Part shown: piece by piece, positions 1 to 6,157 of the stretch
How the letters are laid out: the number at the start of each line of letters is the position of its first letter
Numbering within the stretch: position 1 is the first letter of the stretch
Source: Octopus sinensis
Taxonomy: Eukaryota
DNA length: 8,031 bases
Reading direction: 5' to 3'
Assembly (NCBI RefSeq): GCF_006345805.1
Contig: NW_021828580.1
Span: 1-8,031 of the forward strand
Program-made: the position numbers and the translations under genes
The notes under the pieces: model-generated
The model's database searches: none
Told to the model about the DNA's origin: nothing
What the model saw: the letters and a program-made list of their open reading frames with translations, nothing else

Positions 1-276
1 AAGGCCCGATATTTTTGGGGGGAGGGGACCAGTCGATTGATTGACCTCAGTACGCAACTGGTACTTAATTTATCGACCCCGAAAGGATGAAAGGCAAAGT
101 CGACCTCGGCGGAATTTGAACCCACAACGTTCACACGGTTACTTATTCATAGACCTCGAAGGGATAAACGGAAAGAAAATACAAACAAACAAACAAACCA
201 AACTCAGAACGTAAAGAGCCGAAAGAAAAGCCCGTCAACCATTTGTTTCGAAGGCGTTAACGATTCTGCCCTCTCC
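1..276 (-). mobile_element. tRNA-derived SINE, family A; rearranged copy cut by the window edge
   Basis: 31-120 is nearly identical to 515-604. B-box complement GGAATTTGAACCC at 111-123. The head part resumes at 201-276 after a short degenerate duplication of the core and a (CAAA)n run at 181-200. Confidence 0.85.
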
Positions 277-389
277 TTCATTTGTTTGCATAAAGCTAAC
301 TATTATACTGTTTTGACGGTGCATCTGCCTTTCTGAAATATTATTGCCTTTCGTTGTGGTTGTACATATTATCAATCAATAAGCGTTAA

Positions 390-752
390 AGGTGGCCAGG
401 TGCGGCCTTGCATTTCATCCTTTCAGAGTCGATAAAATAAAATAAATACCTATTCTTTATTACCCACAAGGGGGCTAACACCAGAGGGGACAAACAAGGA
501 CAGACATAGTATTAAGTCGATTAGATCGACCCCAGTGCGTAACTGGTACTTAATTTATCGACCCGAAAGGATGAAAGGCAAAGTCGACCTCGGCGGAATT
601 TGAACTCAGAACGTAGCGGCAGACGAAATACTGCAAAGCATTGCCGCCCTACATGCTATCGTTTCTGCCAGCTCGTCGCCTTATGATAAAATAAATACCA
701 GTTGAGTACGGGGGGATCAAATTGCTGGTTCTCGTGCCCAAATTTAAAACCA
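390..752 (+). mobile_element. Old degenerate family A SINE, split in two (390-450 and 686-752) by a younger insertion
   Basis: Core TTTCATCCTTTCAGAGTCGATAAAATAA at about 413-440 continues as AATACCAGTTGAGTACGGGG...CCCAAATTTAAAACC after 686, collinear with the copies at 989-1201 and 1444-1646. Confidence 0.75.
451..682 (-). mobile_element. Full-length family A SINE with 14-bp target-site duplication and a distinct 3' tail
   Basis: Minus-strand head AAGGCGACGAGCTGGCAGAAACG (A-box-like TGGCAGAA). B box GAGTTCAAATTCC (plus 595-607). Flanked by a perfect ATAAAATAAATACC at 437-450 and 686-699. Confidence 0.92.
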
Positions 753-770
753 ACAATAATAAGCGATAAA

Positions 771-969
771 AGGTGCGAGCTGGCAGAAATCGTTACCACG
801 CTGGACAGAAGCTTAGCGGCATTTGATCGGCTCTTTACGTTCTGAGTTCAAATTCCGCGAGCAAGACGGTGACTTTGCCTTTCATTCTTTTGAGTCATAT
901 AAAATAAGTACCAGTTTGACACTGGGGGCAATGTACACAACTTACCTCTCCTCCAAGCTTTAAAAAACC
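771..969 (+). mobile_element. Family A SINE
   Basis: Head GGTGCGAGCTGGCAGAA, B box GAGTTCAAATTCC at 844-856, core GACTTTGCCTTTCAT...AATAAGTACCAGTT, shortened tail. Confidence 0.88.
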
Positions 970-988
970 AACAATAATAAGTGATAAA

Positions 989-1201
989 GACATAAGCTGG
1001 GTCATTCGTTATCATGCCGTACAAAATACTTAGCGGCATTTCATCCGGCTCTTTACGTTCTGAGTTCAAATTCCGCCGAGGTCGACTTTGCTTTTCATCC
1101 TTTTAGAGTCGATAAAACAAGTACCAGTTTGACACTGGGGTCAATGTAATCGACTTATCCCCTTCCCTGCATTTGTTAGCATTGTGTCAAAGTTTGAAAC
1201 C
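989..1201 (+). mobile_element. Family A SINE
   Basis: Degenerate A box, B box at 1062-1074, intact core GAGGTCGACTTTGCTTTTCATCCTTT, tail ending TTTGAAACC. Confidence 0.88.
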
Positions 1202-1206
1202 AAGTG

Positions 1207-1443
1207 CAGTGAGCTGGCAGAATCGTTAGCACGCTGTGAAAGATGCTCAGTGGTATTTCATCTGTCTTTTATGTTCTGAGTTCAAATTCTGCCGAAGTCA
1301 ACTTTACCTTTCATCCTTTCAAGGTCGATAAATTAAGTATCAGTGAAACACAGAGGTCGATGTAATCAACCAGTTCCCCCTCCCCAGAATGTCAGGCCTT
1401 GTGCCTTTAGAAGAAAAGGATTATTATTATTATTACTATTATT
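1207..1443 (+). mobile_element. Family A SINE with (ATT)n tail
   Basis: Head GAGCTGGCAGAATCGTTAGCAC, B box at 1278-1290, core with CpG-type decay, tail GGCCTTGTGCCTTTAGAAGAAAAGG followed by (ATT)n at 1420-1443. Confidence 0.88.
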
Positions 1444-1646
1444 AAGGTGGCGATTTGGCAGAACCGTTAGCAAGCTGGAGGAAACGCTTAGCAGCCATTT
1501 CGTCTGTCTTTATGTTCCGCCGAGGTTGACTTTTCATTTTATCCTTTCGACGTCGATAGAATAAGAACCAATTGAACACTGGGGATCGATGTAATCAATT
1601 TACGCCCGTCTCCAAAATTGCTGGCCTTGTGCTAAAATTGGAAACC
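1444..1646 (+). mobile_element. Family A SINE lacking the B box
   Basis: Head AAGGTGGCGATTTGGCAGAA. Reads ATGTTC|CGCCGAGG at about 1512-1525, so TGAGTTCAAATTC is deleted between TTC microhomologies. Tail GGCCTTGTGCTAAAATTGGAAACC. Confidence 0.85.
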
Positions 1647-1675
1647 AATAATAATAAGCAATAGAAATGTTGATT

Positions 1676-1782
1676 AGTTGGTTGGTTGGTTGGTCGGTTG
1701 AATTCAGCAGACATACTTTACATCAAATAGAGAGGAGGAGGAGGAGGAGTGAGAGAGAAGAGAGAGAGAGAGAGAGACAGAG
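1676..1782. repeat. Short microsatellites: (GGTT)n at 1676-1700, (GAG)n/(GA)n at 1729-1782
   Basis: Directly visible tandem units. Confidence 0.9.
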
Positions 1783-1784
1783 AA

Positions 1785-1870
1785 AAGCTTGCTTCTTAAC
1801 TACAAGGTTTCGACTACCGAAGCCTTGTGAGTAGATTTGGTAGATCGAAATTGAAAGAACCCGGTCATAT
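1785..1870 (+). mobile_element. Family C (CORE-type) SINE, internally deleted 5' part
   Basis: AGCTTGCTT...AAGCCTTGTGAGTAGATTTGGTAGATCGAAATTGAAAGAACCCGGTCATAT aligns to 4796-4803 and 4878-4928 of the more complete copy. Confidence 0.8.
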
Positions 1871-2110
1871 CAGGAACGTATTAAGACCCGTGGAGGCCCT
1901 AAAAATTAGAGGCCTCAAAATTAATCTTATTTAACATATCTGCAGGGCTAGATTAAGATCCATAGAAGCCTGAAGCACTTAAAAGATTTTGGTGCCCCCA
2001 TATATATGTAATACAAAATATAAACAATAATCAACCATAAGATAAATTTTTATTTTTCAAATTGAAAGAAAACTAACAGCAAGGTGGAAAATAATGTTTA
2101 TTTTTGTATA

Positions 2111-2391
2111 ATGAGAATTACAAAAAAACAAAAAAAAACAACAACAAAAAAACAAAACAAAACAAACAAAAAAGACGATGACGGATGTGTAAATAAGAAA
2201 CAGATGTATTAGTTTAACGCTCTGGAAGTAAGAAAGTCTTTTACGTTTCGAGCCTACGCTCTTCGACAGAAAGGAACACAGAAATAAACAGGGAGAGATA
2301 ATAAAAAAAAAAAAAAGGTTTAGTGGCTAGCGATCTATCATGGCGAATACCGGACAGAGGGTCACACAGGAGAGCTAGAAGAAGGGGAGAC
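2111..2391 (-). mobile_element. Probable Penelope-like element (pLTR) fragment inserted in the hAT element
   Basis: Contains a minimal type I hammerhead-like fold, a known hallmark of Penelope pLTRs. Flanked by near-duplicates AATAATGTTTATTTTTGTATA (2090-2110) and AATAAAGTTATTTTCGTATA (2392-2411). Confidence 0.55.
2238..2273 (-). ncRNA. Minimal type I hammerhead-ribozyme-like motif with a variant core
   Basis: Minus strand reads CUUU-CUGUCGA-A-GAGC(GUAG)GCUC-GAA-ACGU-A-AAAG: stem I CUUU/AAAG, stem II GAGC/GCUC, palindromic ACGU in place of stem III, GUA cleavage triplet. Core is CUGUCGA rather than CUGANGA. Confidence 0.6.
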
Positions 2392-2427
2392 AATAAAGTT
2401 ATTTTCGTATACTTCCACTTTATATTT

Positions 2428-2481
2428 GAAAAATTTCCTCCTACTTTTCTTTTTAATTGCAAAGTCTTTGATCAGATCCTC
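2428..2481 (-). pseudogene. Remnant of the extreme C-terminus of a hAT-type transposase
   Basis: Manual translation EDLIKDFAIKKKSRRKFF resembles the D-hydrophobic-I-x-x-F-A-x-x-K-x-R-R ending of hAT/ZMYM1-like transposases. It is short and recognised from memory, but lies between hAT-like TIRs. Confidence 0.55.
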
Positions 2482-2664
2482 ACTCTGACACCATGAATAT
2501 TTCAAAATTATATTTCCGATCATATAAACCGCTTCGAATATTATTTTAGTAAGTTTAAAGTGATTTCTTTAGTGTCGTAAACCATTTACCATTTCTGTGG
2601 TGTTCTCCACTTCCCTTGATACCCTAAGCACGTGCTTATTTTGCTTAAGGTTAATTTAGCACTG

Positions 2665-2701
2665 CATCGTATGTATATGTATATATGTATGTTTGCATAT
2701 C

Positions 2702-2781
<80 letters not shown>

Positions 2782-2812
2782 GTCTATCTGTCTATCTATC
2801 AATCTATCTATT

Positions 2813-2845
<33 letters not shown>

Positions 2846-3050
2846 GTCTGTCTGTCTGTTTGTCCCCTTCACTGCTTCACAGCTGGTGTTGGTTTGTTTA
2901 CGTCCCCGTAACATAGCGGTTTGCCCAAAAGTGACCGATAGAATAAGTACCAGGTTTTCAAATTAAGTATTGGAGTCGATTCGTTCGGCTAAAATCCTTC
3001 AATGTGGTGCTCCAGCATGGCTGCAGCCCGACGAGTGAAAGAAGTAAAAG
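2665..3050 (+). mobile_element. Family C SINE, 3' part (continuation of 1785-1870)
   Basis: TTTGTCCC...GTTTACGTCCCCGTAACATAGCGGTT...GATAGAATAAGTACCAGG...GGTGCTCCAGCATGGCTGCA aligns with 4989-5150. Confidence 0.85.
2702..2860. repeat. (TATC)n microsatellite grading into (TGTC)n
   Basis: Pure TATC from about 2702 to 2780, mixed TATC/TGTC to 2860. Source of three spurious overlapping ORFs. Confidence 0.97.
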
Positions 3051-3203
3051 ATTTAAGACAAAAGCTGAAAGAAAATTTTTATCATTTTGTATAAACACCA
3101 AGAAACTGGATGAAAGCAAAATTCTATGTATGCCGTATTTCCTGCTTTTGACAGTTTGTATAAAAGAAAATGGTAACCCAATATTCCATCCAAAACTGAA
3201 AGT

Positions 3204-3506
3204 TGTTGTTTGTTCCTTCTCGAGTCATACCTGGCTCATAAGGGCCGGTTCCCCGGTTTCATTGGCGTATAGGTTCCCCACCTGGACAGGACGTCGGTCC
3301 GTCGCAGGTGAGCTGCAAGATGCAGGAGGAAAGAGTGAGAGAAAGTTGTGGCGAAAGAGTCAGTAGAAGTTCGCCATTACCTTCTGCCGGAGCCGCGTGG
3401 AGCTGAGGTGTTTCGCTCATAAACACACATCGCCCGGTCTGAGATTCGAACTCGCGATCCCTTGACCGCGAAGTACGCAGTTCTAACCACTAGGCCATGT
3501 GCCCCC
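3204..3506 (-). mobile_element. tRNA-derived SINE, family B, copy 1
   Basis: Minus-strand A box TGGCCTAGTGG (plus 3487-3497) and B box GAGTTCGAATC (3443-3453), (AAC)n tail, TSD AAAACTGAAAGT (3192-3203)/AAGGCTGAAAGT (3507-3518). Collinear and highly similar to 5685-5989. Confidence 0.92.
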
Positions 3507-4014
3507 AAGGCTGAAAGTACTTTTAAAACAATAAATATATATATATAAAATAACGGCTAGATTATGACTGGAAGGTAATAATTTTACACCAAGTGTATAG
3601 GATCGAAAGTATTACAACCACGAAAATCTAAATTTTTTTTTCCATTTTCCCTTTATCTTTTGCCTTATTTACCAAGATAAAAATGCAATTTGGAAGAAAA
3701 TTTCACTGCGATTTCTAACAAGCTGAGAGGCCCTGTAAAAATCTTATGTTTCAGAACATAAAGAAAACAAGAGGAGAAGGAGGAGAGAGAAAAGTAGGCG
3801 AAGGAGCTTCTTCGAACTTGAGATCTGATAAAGCGATATAGAGAGATTTTCTAATTCTTTGTAAGTTTTAGTTCAGAGATAAGATGTTTTCTGCCATGAA
3901 TAAAAGACTGAAACGCAATGCTGCTATAAAAGATTTAGCAGAAATAACACTATTTAACAAAATTTTCATTTAGTTATATATTCTGTCATTGGCCAATAAG
4001 TCCTACTTTCTCTT

Positions 4015-4368
4015 TGCTTCTCTCTACAAATCAGAAGAAACGACTGCTATTCCCTTCAAATTTTGCTTTTGTGACCTGGACATCAATGTTTTCAAACTGA
4101 CCTATTTTCCATTACATTTCAGACAGATTCACTGCTGAATTGCTGAAGCAGAAATATCGTTATGGCAAATATTCTACTCAATACCCAGAGTTGTTTGTTG
4201 TCTTTGGTCTTTAGGTGTTATTTCCTACGTGCTTCTGTCTAGAAATCAAAGTAAATGACTGCTATTCCCTTCAAACTTTGCTTTTGTGACCTGGACGTCA
4301 ATGTTTTCAAACTGACCTATTTTCCATTACATTTCAGACAGATTCACTGTTGAATTGCTGAAACAGAA
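4015..4368. repeat. 139-bp direct repeat with 215-bp offset (4015-4153 / 4230-4368), probably part of an unclassified transposable element
   Basis: 4042-4153 versus 4257-4368 differ at 4 of 112 positions, all transitions. The first 27 bp are more diverged. A partial inverted copy lies at 4524-4555. Confidence 0.93.
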
Positions 4369-4442
4369 TTTTCTAGAACTTTCTAGAAGTGTCAAGAACT
4401 TTCGAGAAGTTTCAAAAAGCTTCTAGAACTTCTAGAACGTTC
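4366..4442. promoter_or_regulatory. Long heat-shock-element-like array of alternating nGAAn/nTTCn pentamers
   Basis: GAA or TTC every 5 bp from 4366 to 4428 (13 units; gTC at 4391 and aAA at 4416 imperfect), then after a 1-bp slip TTC 4430, GAA 4435, TTC 4440. The motif match is direct; function is untested. Confidence 0.6.
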
Positions 4443-4768
4443 TGGCAAAACAGATAGCAGTGATCGTAAACTCAACAGTTCAGTCTACTTCTTCTAAGTG
4501 TCCAAGTGGAGACAAGTTTGAGGAAAGCAAAGTTTGAAGGAAATATTAGCCATTTTCGTACCTTCTAGGGGTCAGCAAATAGGGAACAACAGTTGCTACC
4601 CAGGGACAAAAATCGTGTTATACTGTAATCAACGAAACGGGGGGATTTCTATTATTATCAGTCTCGAGTTAATGTCTCTTGTTAAATGTCGTATGGCAAG
4701 AAAGGGACCTCCTTGTTTGTCCCCTCGCCGCCTTAATAATAACAACAACAGCAACAACAATAATAATA

Positions 4769-5173
4769 GGCGCAGGAGTGGCTGTGTGGTAAGTAGCTTG
4801 CTTACCAACCACATGCCCAAGGTGCCTCGCAGTGGCACCTTGGGCAAGTGTCTTCTACTATAGACTTGGACCGACTAAAGCTTTGCGAGTGGATTTGGTA
4901 GACGGAAACTGAGAGAAGCCCGTCATATGTGTGTGTGTGTTTGTGTTTATGTTTGTGTGTGTGTATGTGTGGTGTGTGTGTGTTTGTGTTTGTCCTCTCA
5001 ACATTGTTTGACAATCGATGTTGGGGAGTTTACGTCCCCATAACATAGCGGTTCGGCGAAAGAGACCAATAGAATAAGTACCAGGCTTACAAAGAATAAG
5101 TCCTGGGGGTCGATTTGCTCGACTAAAGGCGGTGCTCCAGCATGGCCGCAATTTAAATGACTGAAACAGGTAT
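4769..5173 (+). mobile_element. Family C CORE-type tRNA-SINE (possibly octopus OR1/OR2-like), B box replaced by an inverted segment
   Basis: Head GGCGCAGGAGTGGCTGTGTGGTAAG (A box 4779-4789). ACCTTGGGCAAGTG at 4837-4850 matches the start of the MIR-type CORE domain. Internal (GT)n at 4928-4992. Collinear with the reverse complement of 7247-7679. The family name is from memory. Confidence 0.88.
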
Positions 5174-5177
5174 AATA

Positions 5178-5236
<59 letters not shown>

Positions 5237-5251
5237 AATAATATAATAATA

Positions 5252-5300
<49 letters not shown>

Positions 5301-5303
5301 AAT
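5174..5303. repeat. Compound (GAT)n-(AAT)n microsatellite at the SINE 3' end
   Basis: About 19 ATG/GAT units at 5178-5236, then imperfect AAT units. Confidence 0.97.
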
Positions 5304-5560
5304 GTAAGCGCATTGTCGTGTTAAGGTTTAGTCAGTTTACATTAGCGTCTTGATAGCAACTTCTGTTGCACATGATTAAATTATGGCGAATAGCTGAACG
5401 ACTTTTCCCTATTCGCCCGATCGAATTAAAATGGATTCGTGACCAGAAATGAAAATAAATAAACATAAAAACGAATAAATAAAATTGTTATAAATAATTT
5501 AATGCAGAACAGCAATTTGAAGGAAAATGGGTGGACACAAGAGGAAGCAACTTCTTGCTT

Positions 5561-5596
<36 letters not shown>
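5561..5596. repeat. (TTG)12 microsatellite
   Basis: Directly visible. Explains the poly-Cys and poly-Thr runs in two ORFs. Confidence 0.97.
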
Positions 5597-5597
<1 letters not shown>

Positions 5598-5684
5598 GCC
5601 ATTAGTCCTAATGTAAAAATGTTGAACGGGGTGCTTTGCGGTCAATGTTTCTCTTGGTTGTGTTCTGAGCTCAAATCCCACCGT

Positions 5685-5989
5685 TGTTTGTTCCTTCTCG
5701 AGCCATGCCTGGCTCATAAGGGCCGGTTTCCCGGTTTCCTTGGCGTACAGGTTCCCCCACCTGGACGGGACGCCGGTCAGTCGCAGGTGAGCTGCAAGAT
5801 GCAAGAGGAAAGAGTGAGAGAAAGTTGTGGCGAAAGAGTCAGCAGAGGTTCGCCATTACCTTCTGCCGGAACCACGTGGAGCTTAGGTGTTTTCACTCAT
5901 AAACACACACATCACCCGGTCTGAGATTCGAACCCGGGATCCCTCGACCGCGAGTCCGCTGCTCTAACCACCAGGCCATGTGTCTCCAC
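5685..5989 (-). mobile_element. tRNA-derived SINE, family B, copy 2
   Basis: A box TGGCCTGGTGG (plus 5968-5978), B box GGTTCGAATCT (5924-5934), TSD CAAATCCCACCGT (5672-5684)/CAAATCCTACCGT (5990-6002), 12/13. Confidence 0.93.
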
Positions 5990-6029
5990 CAAATCCTACC
6001 GTGACCTAGTTGAATGATAGACATAATCT

Positions 6030-6157
6030 GTTGCTTAGTTTAGCGCCACCACATGGCACCTTTAACGTACGCCAAATGTGCCATATGGTATTACAAGAAT
6101 TCGAACCATGTCTCTTGGTCGACGATGATTTCTTGCCTCGCTCTCACTAAACTGTAT
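6030..6157 (-). mobile_element. Possible very old tRNA-derived SINE relic
   Basis: B-box-like GGTTCGAATTC on the minus strand (plus about 6097-6107) with only a weak A box about 40 bp upstream. No second copy in the window. Confidence 0.25.

Larger units (their letters stand above)
1871..2664 (-). mobile_element. Non-autonomous, internally deleted hAT-like DNA transposon
   Basis: Right end read on the minus strand is CAGTGCTAAATTAAC. It matches CAGGGCTAGATTAAG at 1943-1957 (12/15) and more weakly CAGGAACGTATTAAG at 1871-1885. Subterminal palindrome TAAGCACGTGCTTA at 2625-2638. Degenerate 8-bp TSD GGTCATAT (1863-1870)/CATCGTAT (2665-2672). Internal transposase-like remnant. It interrupts a SINE. 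Confidence 0.7.

Noticed and set aside
746-1665. CRISPR-like repeat-spacer array
   Set aside because: The 'spacers' are homologous 200-bp SINE copies, the context is eukaryotic and there are no cas genes.
2632-2966. Three overlapping ORFs with YLSI repeats
   Set aside because: Translations of the (TATC)n/(TGTC)n microsatellite, which lacks stops on the plus strand.
3004-3366. 120-aa ORF with similarity to the ORF at 5502-5924
   Set aside because: The shared peptide comes from two antisense copies of the family B SINE. The ORF crosses element boundaries and has no recognisable domain.
4534-5313. ORFs with poly-Asn, Leu, His-Thr, Ser and Tyr runs
   Set aside because: Microsatellite and SINE translations. 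The mirrored MPKVPxxGTLG peptides simply reflect the 4814-4846 palindrome.
5385-5417. Hairpin GGCGAATAG/CTATTCGCC with CTGAACGA in the loop
   Set aside because: An isolated 9-bp stem without ribozyme topology or a second copy. Compatible with chance.
5499-5924. Poly-Cys and poly-Thr ORFs, superficially metallothionein- or mucin-like
   Set aside because: Produced by (TTG)12 plus SINE sequence.
5915-5989. tRNA gene (also 3435-3506)
   Set aside because: A and B boxes are present but there is no proper acceptor stem, and both continue into a shared 230-bp body with TSDs, so they are SINE heads.
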